From an uncultured Alphaproteobacteria bacterium (GTDB taxonomy: Bacteria > Pseudomonadota > Alphaproteobacteria > Rs-D84): 32,000 bases of DNA. The notes under the pieces are model-generated. The model made no database searches and was not told the DNA's origin. It was given only the letters and a program-made list of their open reading frames with translations. The translations under genes and the position numbers were made by a program. The stretch is from assembly GCA_963931495.1 (NCBI GenBank), contig OZ007020.1, positions 810,001 to 842,000 of the forward strand, written 5' to 3'. Below, piece by piece: positions 1 through 7,403 of this stretch. Numbering within the stretch: position 1 is the stretch's first letter; each line of letters begins with the position of its first letter.

Positions 1-1567
1 TATCACTGGACACCAACGCAGTGCGTGCCGACGGAAAACGCGCAGCAACTTCTTCTTGAATCTTTTCCAGTCCGGCCCCACGTAACGATACCGTGTCACC
101 ACAGCATGGACATCGTGATGGCATCGGCATCATACGACCGCACATGTGGCACATCAATTTATCCGTCCGCTTATGATATGTCATACCAATACTGCAATCA
201 GGACACTGGGCAACCCAACCGCATTTCTTGCACTGTACAATTGGGGCAAATCCACGCCGATTGATAAATAACATCACTTGATGTCCGGCGCCCAGCGTCC
301 GGGTTATTGCATCACACAGAACCGGTGATAAATATCCTGTGCGTGGTGCATCAGAATCATCATCGCCCATCATCGTATACGGCATTGGGCGATGTTCACG
401 TAAATCAATTGTTTCAATTGTTGGCAACGATGCCCCGCCAAATCGCGATGTTAATTTCAGACGCCGATACTTGCCATCGGCAACATTTTGCAATGTTTCA
501 GCAGATGGGGTCGCACTGGCCAACACAATCGGAAAGCCAGAAATCTTTGCACGCAGCACCGCCATGTCACGCGCATGATAATTCCCCATGTCTTCTTGTT
601 TGTACGATGTATCATGTTCTTCGTCCACGACAACCAACCCCAGGTTCTGCCACGGTAAAAACAGCGCACTGCGTGTGCCAACAACCATGCGTATTTCACC
701 GCGCAGCACCCCACGCCATATTTCCCGTCGTCGTGCCGCGGTTAAATTACTGTGCCATACCACCGGTGGCGCACCAAAACGCGCCGCATATCGTGACATA
801 AATTGCGCCGTCAGTGCAATTTCAGGCATCATCAATAATACCGAACGTCCCATACTGTATGCACGCCATGCCGCATCAAAATATACCTGGGTCTTGCCAC
901 TGCCGGTTATGCCATCCAGTAAAAATGCCGAATATCCACCGCGTTCAATTGCCGCACCAATTTCGTTCGCCGCCAACGCCTGTTCAGAATTCAAACGAAC
1001 ATTACCAACGTCATTGTATTGGTAATGTGTAAAGTCTGATTCTTGGGCACGGACGTCACACGGAACCAGAATTCCACGCTGGATCATTGTGCGCACAACC
1101 GCACCACTGACATGCGCGATATTTTGAATATCTGATACAGACATCGCGTCATTTTCGTTTGATGCAAATGCATCGGCCACAGATTGACGCGCGTCCGTCA
1201 TACGAACACCAGTATCAGAAATGTATTTATATAATTGTTCTGTCTTGGGCGGCAAAAACGCATCAGGAACATTCACAATCAATCGTAACACAGCGCCAGG
1301 GGTCATCAATGTCCATTCAGACATTTTTTTTATCCACTGTAAATCATGCACAGATAAATGATATGGAAAAACATCCGTTGTGTTTTTTATCTTGTCATGG
1401 TCCAGGCCACTGTCACCAATACCGTATACGACCCCAATGTATGGCCGCGACATCACCGTTACACGAACGAATGTACCCAATTCTGCCGGCGCAGCCAGGC
1501 GATAATCATATCCTGAATTCACCACATTTGGTATCAAAACTTTAACAATATCGCCCGCGTTAAACAT
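1..1567 (-). CDS. priA: Primosomal protein N' / replication-restart helicase PriA (N-terminal ~522 codons; C-terminus beyond window start)
   Basis: Absent from the ORF track because it runs off the window. My minus-strand translation from ATG (1567-1565) is open to position 1: MFNAGDIVKVLIP... It has Walker A GITGSGKT, a DEEH box (VVVDEEHD) and the PriA Cys-rich zinc motif CKKCGWVAQCPDCSIGMTYHKRTDKLMCHMCG..RCPCCG. Confidence 0.93.
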   Translation of the reverse strand, partial: MFNAGDIVKVLIPNVVNSGYDYRLAAPAELGTFVRVTVMSRPYIGVVYGIGDSGLDHDKIKNTTDVFPYHLSVHDLQWIKKMSEWTLMTPGAVLRLIVNVPDAFLPPKTEQLYKYISDTGVRMTDARQSVADAFASNENDAMSVSDIQNIAHVSGAVVRTMIQRGILVPCDVRAQESDFTHYQYNDVGNVRLNSEQALAANEIGAAIERGGYSAFLLDGITGSGKTQVYFDAAWRAYSMGRSVLLMMPEIALTAQFMSRYAARFGAPPVVWHSNLTAARRREIWRGVLRGEIRMVVGTRSALFLPWQNLGLVVVDEEHDTSYKQEDMGNYHARDMAVLRAKISGFPIVLASATPSAETLQNVADGKYRRLKLTSRFGGASLPTIETIDLREHRPMPYTMMGDDDSDAPRTGYLSPVLCDAITRTLGAGHQVMLFINRRGFAPIVQCKKCGWVAQCPDCSIGMTYHKRTDKLMCHMCGRMMPMPSRCPCCGDTVSLRGAGLEKIQEEVAARFPSARTALVSSD

Positions 1568-1631
1568 ACATACAAGTTAAACTGTTTCGTCACATTTTTC
1601 AACCGCATTCGCAAAAGATTATTTTTATAAT

Positions 1632-1661
1632 TTGACAAAACATCCGTTTGTATATTATACT
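1632..1661 (+). promoter_or_regulatory. Candidate sigma70-type promoter for the ORF at 1702
   Basis: TTGACA at 1632-1637, then the A/T block TATATTATAC (1651-1660) offering -10 hexamers at 15-18 bp spacing. It lies in the divergent priA/1702 intergenic region. Confidence 0.3.
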
Positions 1662-1701
1662 GCCAGAGTGTTATTTTTAATCAAACCTGGGAATAAATGA
1701 A

Positions 1702-2241
1702 ATGAATAAAGACCAAGCCGAAATCACAGGAAAGCAACTGTTCAGGTATTATGTTGTGTACATAACTGAAAAAGTTCTGGAAAACGATCAAACACCATAT
1801 TCTAATCCAAACATCATGCGCAGTTCGTGGCGCAACATCATCCCGTACAGCGAACAAATGGAAAAATTTGTTATTTTTGAAACACGTAATTTTATTCATA
1901 TCTTTCCAAAATCAAAAAGTTTGCGATTCTTGAAACATCTGATTGACGGAATGGCCGATTATTTATCTGCGTATGCACAACAAAATCCGGCATTCCCAAC
2001 ACGGCGCGTTGCAAAAAAACGTATTGTCCAGATGTTATTTGATGAAAACCCGTATATTAAATATCTGCAACAATGTCGCGATGATGAATTGCAAATGCGC
2101 GAAGAAAAAAATCAATTGCCGGAAACCCATCGCCCAGCACATAAAAAAAGACAACGAATTAATGTGTCGTCGGGGGAATTTGCGTCATTAAAAAATGCAA
2201 ATATGCAAATCATAAACAGTGCACGCGCAAAGCATCGCTAG
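1702..2241 (+). CDS. Hypothetical protein (179 aa) with a basic C-terminal tail
   Basis: Only long ORF in this interval and fills the priA-miaA gap. No motif I recognise. Its stop overlaps the miaA stop by 4 nt (convergent). Confidence 0.5.
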   Translation: MNKDQAEITGKQLFRYYVVYITEKVLENDQTPYSNPNIMRSSWRNIIPYSEQMEKFVIFETRNFIHIFPKSKSLRFLKHLIDGMADYLSAYAQQNPAFPTRRVAKKRIVQMLFDENPYIKYLQQCRDDELQMREEKNQLPETHRPAHKKRQRINVSSGEFASLKNANMQIINSARAKHR

Positions 2242-3101
2242 GGCACGTAATTAATTTCTGTATCGGCAACGAACTGGGTCCGAAACCATGTTCGTTGTCG
2301 TTTTGCATATTGATTTGTTTTTGTAATCCAATCACGAATACATTCTGTATCAGAAATTTCACCACGAACACGCGCACATAACTGGGCCGCACCAATCGCA
2401 CGTCGCGTATCCCATCCGGCGGCAATTATTGCACGCGCTTCGTCCATTGCGCCACCCGCCAACATTTTTGGTATACGCGCCGCAATACGTGGACGTAATT
2501 CAGACATTTCTGGATTTATCAATATGCGATATGGTGTTGGCGTAATTGCACCAATTCGTGGCAATTTTTGCCACTGGGTCAAATGACGCCCTGTTTCCAA
2601 AAAGACTTCCCACGCACGCGCAACGCGCTGGGGGTCGGTTGCAGTAAAATCATCAGGCAACATTTTACGAACCGCATCAATATCTTCGGCAACCATCTGG
2701 CGGGCACGACGACGATTTTCAATTGATACATCTGGCATCGGCGACAAACCATTTATTATCGCATTTACATAATACCCAGTACCACCAACAAATATCGGCA
2801 CACGATTTGCCGAAATCGCCGCACTGTATTCACGACGCGCCATTTCCAGATAATCTGAAACGCTTATCTGTTCCGACAATGGTAATATTGAAAACAAGCG
2901 ATACGGCACACCGTCAATTGCATCAGATATTTCACGATTGGCAAACGGACTGGCCGATATATTTTCAATACCACGATATATTTGAACACTGTCGCAATTT
3001 ATAATTACGCCGCCCACATCCATCGCCAATTTATGCGCAAATCCAGATTTGCCTGATGCAGTCGGGCCTGTAATTATATAAGATTCATGTTTTTCCATCA
3101 T
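2238..3101 (-). CDS. miaA: tRNA dimethylallyltransferase (isopentenyl-tRNA transferase)
   Basis: P-loop IITGPTASGKS followed by INCDSVQIYRG, the MiaA N-terminal signature. The track ORF begins at a TTG (3158), so I place the start at the ATG giving MMEKHESYIITGPTASGKS (3101). Confidence 0.9.
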   Translation of the reverse strand: MMEKHESYIITGPTASGKSGFAHKLAMDVGGVIINCDSVQIYRGIENISASPFANREISDAIDGVPYRLFSILPLSEQISVSDYLEMARREYSAAISANRVPIFVGGTGYYVNAIINGLSPMPDVSIENRRRARQMVAEDIDAVRKMLPDDFTATDPQRVARAWEVFLETGRHLTQWQKLPRIGAITPTPYRILINPEMSELRPRIAARIPKMLAGGAMDEARAIIAAGWDTRRAIGAAQLCARVRGEISDTECIRDWITKTNQYAKRQRTWFRTQFVADTEINYVP

Positions 3102-3237
3102 ATTAACTGGATTATACACATGCATATATGCAAATTCAAGCCACAACACCGCAAACAAATTTTACCGTTGCACAAATTCTGTACCATGATAAAATACACC
3201 CGTCTGGTTTACAGAAATAACGAAAGGAAAATATAAC

Positions 3238-4239
3238 ATGTCAAAAATAAGAGTTGCAATTAATGGATTCGGCCGCATTGGTCGTTTGGTTCTGCGCGCG
3301 GCATTGGTATCTGGGCGCGATGACATTGAATTTGTTGCGGTTAATGATTTGGCACCGGCCGAACAAAACGCGTATTTGTTACAATATGATTCTGTGCATG
3401 GAACATTGCCAATGGATGTTAAACTGGATGGCGAATACATCATCGTTGGCAATCAGAAAATTAAATGCATCGCAGAAAAAGATCCAACAAAATTGCCGTG
3501 GCGGGATATGGATATTGACGTCGTAATGGAATGCACCGGCATATTTACCGCCGCAGACAAGGCACGCGTTCACCTGGACTGTGGGGCGCGGCGCGTGTTG
3601 GTTTCTGCGCCATCGGCCGGGGCCGATAAAACAATTGTGTTCGGGGTTAATCAAGATACATTAACACCAGATGATATGATTGTGTCTAATGCATCATGCA
3701 CAACAAACTGCTTGGCCCCAGTGGCCCAGGTTCTGGACAATGCATTCGGAATTGAATCAGGATGGATGACAACGGTTCATGCGTATACCGGCGATCAACA
3801 GTTATTGGACAAAAATCACAAAGATTTCCGCCGTGCACGTGCAGCGGGACTGTCTATGATTCCAACCAGCACCGGCGCCGCCAAGGCAATCGGACTGGTT
3901 CTGCCGAAATTGGCCGGTAAATTGGACGGCATGGCAATACGCGTCCCGACCCCGGATGTGTCTGTGGTTGAACTGGTCGTGAATCTGGCAAAAAATGCAA
4001 CGGTGGATGAAATTAATGCCGCAATGCGGGCCGCAGAATCAGAAACATTCGGGTACAACGAAAAACCACTGGTGTCGGTTGATTTCAAAGGCAATGCACA
4101 CAGTTCAATATTTGACGCATCACAAACAAAGGTGTTGGGTGATAAACTGGTGCATGTAACCGCATGGTATGATAACGAATGGGGATTTTCAAATCGTATG
4201 GGCGATACGGCCGTTGCGATTGGAAAATTAATCAAGTAA
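3238..4239 (+). CDS. gap: Glyceraldehyde-3-phosphate dehydrogenase, type I
   Basis: INGFGRIGRLVLRA NAD-binding start, active-site SNASCTTNCLAP, WYDNEWGFSNR near the C-terminus. 333 aa, the typical length. Confidence 0.96.
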   Translation: MSKIRVAINGFGRIGRLVLRAALVSGRDDIEFVAVNDLAPAEQNAYLLQYDSVHGTLPMDVKLDGEYIIVGNQKIKCIAEKDPTKLPWRDMDIDVVMECTGIFTAADKARVHLDCGARRVLVSAPSAGADKTIVFGVNQDTLTPDDMIVSNASCTTNCLAPVAQVLDNAFGIESGWMTTVHAYTGDQQLLDKNHKDFRRARAAGLSMIPTSTGAAKAIGLVLPKLAGKLDGMAIRVPTPDVSVVELVVNLAKNATVDEINAAMRAAESETFGYNEKPLVSVDFKGNAHSSIFDASQTKVLGDKLVHVTAWYDNEWGFSNRMGDTAVAIGKLIK

Positions 4240-4241
4240 AT

Positions 4242-4273
4242 AAAAAAAGCGCCCGTAATGGGTGCTTTTTTTT
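4242..4273. terminator. Bidirectional rho-independent terminator between gap and the small HTH gene
   Basis: A-run, stem GCGCCC/GGGTGC (4249-4254 / 4260-4265, one G-U pair), 5-nt loop, then T8 run 4266-4273. Confidence 0.6.
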
Positions 4274-4496
4274 AACGCATAATACGCCCAAATTCTTCGG
4301 GCGACAAATGTGCCACAGCGGCAATTTTTGATAACGTGTTCCCAGATGGCCAATGTGGTTTACCATATTTTGAAAAGCGCTTGCTTTTATTAAAAGCCGT
4401 CGGGTCCATGCCACATTTCTTTGCCAACCCAGAACAACTTAACCCCAATGTTGCCGCAATTTTATCAACGGCGGCCCATGTACCACTGTGTGTCAT
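4272..4496 (-). CDS. Small helix-turn-helix DNA-binding protein, copy 1 (possibly SciP-like; family name tentative)
   Basis: 74 aa from ATG 4496, preceded by SD AAGGAGAG. Core motif WAAVDKIAATLGLSCSGLAKKCGMDPTAFNKSKR..GKPHWPS. Paralogous to 24971-25222. Confidence 0.75.
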   Translation of the reverse strand: MTHSGTWAAVDKIAATLGLSCSGLAKKCGMDPTAFNKSKRFSKYGKPHWPSGNTLSKIAAVAHLSPEEFGRIMR

Positions 4497-4610
4497 AATT
4501 CTCTCCTTGGATATAGTATGCCTAGACTTAATTCTAGACATAGTTGAATCATATCCTAAAATCGCGTAATTGTACAGGGGTAAAAATTCCTATATATACC
4601 AGGCTGTAAA

Positions 4611-4638
4611 ACCAAAAAAAACGACCCATCTGGGTCGT
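4611..4638 (-). terminator. Rho-independent terminator downstream of tRNA-Glu
   Basis: Stem ACGACCC/GGGTCGT (4621-4627 / 4632-4638), 4-nt loop. On the minus strand it is followed by a T8 run (A-run 4613-4620 on plus). Confidence 0.65.
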
Positions 4639-4647
4639 TACTTATCT

Positions 4648-4723
4648 TGGCAGCCCCAACCAGATTCGAACTGGTGTTCTCGCCTTGAAAGGGCGGTGTC
4701 CTGGGCCTCTAGACGATGGGGCC
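4648..4723 (-). tRNA. tRNA-Glu (anticodon UUC)
   Basis: Minus-strand read GGCCCCATCGTCTAGAGGCCCAGGACACCGCCCTTTCAAGGCGAGAACACCAGTTCGAATCTGGTTGGGGCTGCCA. Cloverleaf folds by hand, anticodon loop CTTTCAA, encoded CCA, 76 nt. Confidence 0.93.
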
Positions 4724-4769
4724 AAAACTGCCGTTCGTTACGATTTCAAAAGAACCGCAACGCCGCCAG

Positions 4770-4798
4770 ATTATAACCGGCATTTAACCCATTGTCAA
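4770..4798 (-). promoter_or_regulatory. Consensus sigma70 promoter driving tRNA-Glu
   Basis: Minus strand reads TTGACA (4798-4793), 17 bp spacer, TATAAT (4775-4770). Both hexamers are perfect consensus, about 45 nt upstream of the tRNA 5' end. Confidence 0.7.
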
Positions 4799-4823
4799 GG
4801 TTTTTATGCCGGCGCACAACAAT

Positions 4824-5297
4824 TTATTCCGCCGTTGTCGGTTCGGCCGCAACAGGAATTGCGACAACATCTTCGGATACTGTTTCATCAACAACTTCGT
4901 CCGTTGGCAGATTTTCAACCTGTTGAAAAACGATTTCCGTACCATCAGCATTTTTCAATGTCAGTCGCCCATCACGCAAATCATATGTTTCAACCGTCGG
5001 CATAAACTGGAAATATTCTTGTTCTGTTTGCATGGCATCCATCGGCCCCATCATCATGGTGGATGCAAACGGACTGAATGATATATGGTTTCCGTTTACT
5101 TCATATGTACCGTTATACAGGTTTACAACCCGGCCATTGACACGCATTTCATTCGCGTCAAACGACAGTGTTATATCCGTACCTTCGGCCGCAGAAACAA
5201 AGTTTGCACCCTTTAACATTTCTGGGTTCGGCGCACCGTCACCACACGCCGCCAGGGCCAGCACACCTGACAATATTGCGAAAGATTTGATGTTCAT
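4824..5297 (-). CDS. META-domain lipoprotein (HslJ-like)
   Basis: Signal peptide with lipobox LALAAC. The pattern ITLSFD..MRVNGRVVNLYNGTYEVNGNHISF..ASTMMMGP...E.EYF resembles META domains. Confidence 0.75.
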   Translation of the reverse strand: MNIKSFAILSGVLALAACGDGAPNPEMLKGANFVSAAEGTDITLSFDANEMRVNGRVVNLYNGTYEVNGNHISFSPFASTMMMGPMDAMQTEQEYFQFMPTVETYDLRDGRLTLKNADGTEIVFQQVENLPTDEVVDETVSEDVVAIPVAAEPTTAE

Positions 5298-5528
5298 ATT
5301 TTCCCCTTTGTTATACGTGGTTTAAGTATAGCAAGACGGTCAAATTTATCAACAGAATATTATTCCGCATAATTTGCAAAAACATATCCTGTATTTCTGG
5401 GGATAATATACTAATTTTTTTCTTGATTAATCTATAAAATTGTAAAGTAAATTTGATGCAAGGTATTCTTGCATTGTGTTGAATATATTGAATAAAACAC
5501 GCAATTCTCAACATTGTTATCAAACTCC

Positions 5529-5564
5529 AACCACCGACATGGATTTGGTGGTTTTGTTATTTTG
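5529..5564 (+). terminator. Orphan hairpin plus T-tract just upstream of the 5579 ORF
   Basis: Stem AACCACC/GGTGGTT (5529-5535 / 5547-5553), 11-nt loop, then TTTTGTTATTTT. No plus-strand gene lies upstream for it to terminate. Confidence 0.35.
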
Positions 5565-5578
5565 TAAAGGAGTATAAC

Positions 5579-5992
5579 ATGACCGATAACATAGTCGCAA
5601 CATTTGGAAATATCACTTTGACTGATAAGTGTATTAAATTTGTATCAAAAAAATTAACAAGTCAAAAAACACAAACAATTTTTTTACAAGATATAAGCTT
5701 GGTGAATATGGATATCAAATCGCATTCTGTATATCTTGTCGTAGCTGCGGTTTGTTTCGCGCTATTATTTGTCGGAATGTCTGTTACAGCTAATCTGATT
5801 TCTTTTGGAATAGGTGTTGCACTGTGTATAGCATTTTGGAAAATAAAAACATACACTTTAATTATAACGCCACATGCTGGTGCTGGGAAAGAAATAGCGT
5901 GTGAAGTAATTGGCGCTGTCAATAAAGAACAAGCCGATGATTTTATGGAAAAGTTAAACACATTGAAAGATAAATATATGAAGCGTAAATAA
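5579..5992 (+). CDS. Hypothetical membrane protein (137 aa, two central TM helices)
   Basis: SD AAAGGAG 6 nt upstream. Hydrophobic segments VYLVVAAVCFALLFVGMSV and LISFGIGVALCIAFW are flanked by soluble segments. Very A+T-rich. Confidence 0.6.
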   Translation: MTDNIVATFGNITLTDKCIKFVSKKLTSQKTQTIFLQDISLVNMDIKSHSVYLVVAAVCFALLFVGMSVTANLISFGIGVALCIAFWKIKTYTLIITPHAGAGKEIACEVIGAVNKEQADDFMEKLNTLKDKYMKRK

Positions 5993-6002
5993 AGGATATA
6001 TA

Positions 6003-6209
6003 ATGAAAGCAATAATTTGCATGGTATTTTGTTTTATATGCATCATTAATGCATACAGCATTAATAATGATGCAGTATCTGTTATGCACCAGATTTATGC
6101 CGGTCAGTGGGGGTTAGCTGCTGTTCTGTTTTTCTGTGCGGCGTTTCTACTGGATGCATTAAATCCCAAAACAAATAAGAAATCTGATGATAAATTAGGA
6201 GAAAAATAA
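6003..6209 (+). CDS. Hypothetical small membrane/secreted protein (68 aa)
   Basis: SD AAAGGA. N-terminal signal-like MKAIICMVFCFICIINAYS and a second hydrophobic segment WGLAAVLFFCAAFLL. Its stop overlaps the next start (TAATG). Confidence 0.5.
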   Translation: MKAIICMVFCFICIINAYSINNDAVSVMHQIYAGQWGLAAVLFFCAAFLLDALNPKTNKKSDDKLGEK

Positions 6210-6535
6210 TGAAAGCATTATTTATGTCTCTTTTTCTATTAATTATAAACGTTCCAGCATATGCACTTACAACAAGAGAAATAAAATCTGTGTGTGCTGA
6301 AATTGCGGCAGAACAGGCTGAAACGGATGAAAGTGTTGATTTACATGTTCAGAAATTAATTGAAAATGCTTGTATTTGTGTCGGGCTAGAAATTCCTAGC
6401 TCTATTTCAAAACAAAAATTTAAGCAATTAATTATGACCGAGGACGAATCAATAACAGATATATACAAAGTTTGTGCCATACAAGAATTGTTTTCAATGC
6501 CGGAAATGCAGCTACTAATGCTGTCAGATTTTTAA
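6209..6535 (+). CDS. Hypothetical secreted protein (108 aa)
   Basis: SD AGGAG. Signal peptide MKALFMSLFLLIINVPAYA. Translationally coupled to the preceding ORF. Confidence 0.55.
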   Translation: MKALFMSLFLLIINVPAYALTTREIKSVCAEIAAEQAETDESVDLHVQKLIENACICVGLEIPSSISKQKFKQLIMTEDESITDIYKVCAIQELFSMPEMQLLMLSDF

Positions 6536-6620
6536 TATAATGATATCTGCAACGGTAAATTCGGTACACACAGTTTCGTTTTAATTGCTGAAAACCAGAG
6601 CTTGTACATTCATTGTTCTT

Positions 6621-6656
6621 ACATAATAAAATCAGCCACCGATATGGTGGCTGATT
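6621..6656 (-). terminator. Rho-independent terminator downstream of tRNA-Asp (could also stop the plus-strand islet operon)
   Basis: Perfect 11-bp stem AATCAGCCACC/GGTGGCTGATT (6630-6640 / 6646-6656), 5-nt loop. T-rich tract follows on the minus strand. Confidence 0.65.
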
Positions 6657-6661
6657 ATTTC

Positions 6662-6739
6662 TGGCGGGATTGACGGGGCTCGAACCCGCGACCTTCTGCG
6701 TGACAGGCAGACGCTCTAAACCAGCTGAGCTACAACCCC
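6662..6739 (-). tRNA. tRNA-Asp (anticodon GUC)
   Basis: Minus-strand read GGGGTTGTAGCTCAGCTGGTTTAGAGCGTCTGCCTGTCACGCAGAAGGTCGCGGGTTCGAGCCCCGTCAATCCCGCCA. Anticodon loop CTGTCAC, encoded CCA. Confidence 0.93.
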
Positions 6740-6756
6740 TGTAAAGCAAGGCATAT

Positions 6757-6783
6757 ATTATACTGTTGTCGGAATAAATGCAA
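6757..6783 (-). promoter_or_regulatory. Candidate promoter for tRNA-Asp
   Basis: Minus strand has TATAAT (6762-6757) about 18 nt upstream of the tRNA 5' end. A -35-like ACTTGCAT lies at 6785-6778. It shares the upstream string AAAAAACACTTG with the tRNA-Asn promoter. Confidence 0.45.
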
Positions 6784-6831
6784 GTGTTTTTTATAAAATT
6801 ATTTATTTATGTCTGACAACATGGCAAACAG

Positions 6832-6861
6832 TTGACTTTCCGCATGTATGACGATTATAAT
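6832..6861 (+). promoter_or_regulatory. Candidate promoter for the small lipoprotein gene
   Basis: TTGACT (6832-6837), 18 bp spacer, TATAAT (6856-6861). Confidence 0.45.
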
Positions 6862-6867
6862 AAACGC

Positions 6868-6987
6868 ATGAAAAAAATTGTGTTATGTGTTTTATTAATT
6901 TCATCACTGGGCGTCGCTGCGTGCGGTGTTAAGTCTGATTTAGAAAAGCCCAACCCATCGTTCCCACGTGAATACCCAGTATATTAA
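6868..6987 (+). CDS. Small lipoprotein (39 aa), LptM/YifL-like in size and shape
   Basis: Not in the track (under 60 aa). MKKIVLCVLLISSLGVAACGVKSDLEKPNPSFPREYPVY has a classical lipobox LGVAAC followed by a short Pro-rich tail. Confidence 0.55.
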   Translation: MKKIVLCVLLISSLGVAACGVKSDLEKPNPSFPREYPVY

Positions 6988-7000
6988 TTTGGGCGCTGTC

Positions 7001-7085
7001 TGGTGCGGGTACAGAGATTTGAACTCTGATGGGTTGCCCCACTGGAACCTAAATCCAGCGCGTCTGCCAATTTCGCCATACCCGC
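7001..7085 (-). tRNA. tRNA-Leu (anticodon UAG), class II with long variable arm
   Basis: Minus-strand read GCGGGTATGGCGAAATTGGCAGACGCGCTGGATTTAGGTTCCAGTGGGGCAACCCATCAGAGTTCAAATCTCTGTACCCGCACCA. Anticodon loop TTTAGGT, encoded CCA, 85 nt. Confidence 0.92.
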
Positions 7086-7113
7086 ATAAAATTTATGATA
7101 TGATAAAAAGTAC

Positions 7114-7142
7114 TTGATTTCCAGTTATTTTTAACCTAAAAT
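7114..7142 (+). promoter_or_regulatory. Candidate promoter for rpmG
   Basis: TTGATT (7114-7119), 17 bp spacer, TAAAAT (7137-7142). Confidence 0.45.
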
Positions 7143-7171
7143 TCCCCCCAGAATAAATAAAAGGTAAAAAA

Positions 7172-7351
7172 ATGGCATCCAAGAAAGGCAGTAAAGAAGT
7201 TATAAAGTTAGAAAATAAAGAAACTGGATACTTCTATACAACAACCAAAAATCCGCGTTCTGAAAATACCGCGGGCAAGATGAAGTTTCGTAAGTATGAC
7301 CCGAAATTGCGCAAGCATGTCGTTATGACCGAAGGTAAAATGCCTCATTAA
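7172..7351 (+). CDS. rpmG: 50S ribosomal protein L33
   Basis: Not in the track (59 aa). [59 protein letters not shown] contains the L33 signature KYDP..RKHV...E.K. Confidence 0.9.
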   Translation: MASKKGSKEVIKLENKETGYFYTTTKNPRSENTAGKMKFRKYDPKLRKHVVMTEGKMPH

Positions 7352-7375
7352 GTGTTGTACAATATGACAATTCAT

Positions 7376-7403
7376 AAAAAACGGCGTGCAAGCCGTTTTT
7401 TTA
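7376..7403. terminator. Bidirectional terminator between rpmG and the convergent lipoprotein gene
   Basis: A-run, stem AACGGC/GCCGTT (7380-7385 / 7392-7397), T-run 7396-7402. Confidence 0.6.

Noticed and set aside
25-1545. Series of plus-strand track ORFs (25-264, 307-801, 588-1025, 1159-1545 and others)
   Set aside because: All lie antisense or out of frame to the uninterrupted minus-strand priA reading frame, which has clear helicase and zinc-finger motifs. Their products are His/Pro/Cys-rich nonsense typical of shadow ORFs.
3816-4235. 139-aa minus-strand ORF inside gap
   Set aside because: It is antisense to an unmistakable GAPDH gene, so it is a shadow ORF.
4570-5005. Plus-strand ORFs 4570-4776 and 4685-5005
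   Set aside because: They overlap tRNA-Glu and the antisense strand of the META-lipoprotein gene, so they are not credible.
5311-5523. 70-aa minus-strand ORF in the A+T-rich spacer upstream of the islet
   Set aside because: It is an Ile/Leu/Asn-rich product of A+T-rich intergenic DNA, with no SD or motif.
5529-6656. Possibility that the two hairpins flanking the islet are direct repeats (both contain CCACCGAYATGG...TGGTGG)
   Set aside because: The shared 12-mer falls in the loop of one hairpin and in the loop-stem junction of the other, and the flanks do not align. The similarity is too short to call att-like repeats without a genome-wide search.
6432-6749. 105-aa minus-strand ORF
   Set aside because: It runs straight through tRNA-Asp and its terminator. 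The Arg/Cys/Ser-rich product is typical of a translated tRNA gene.
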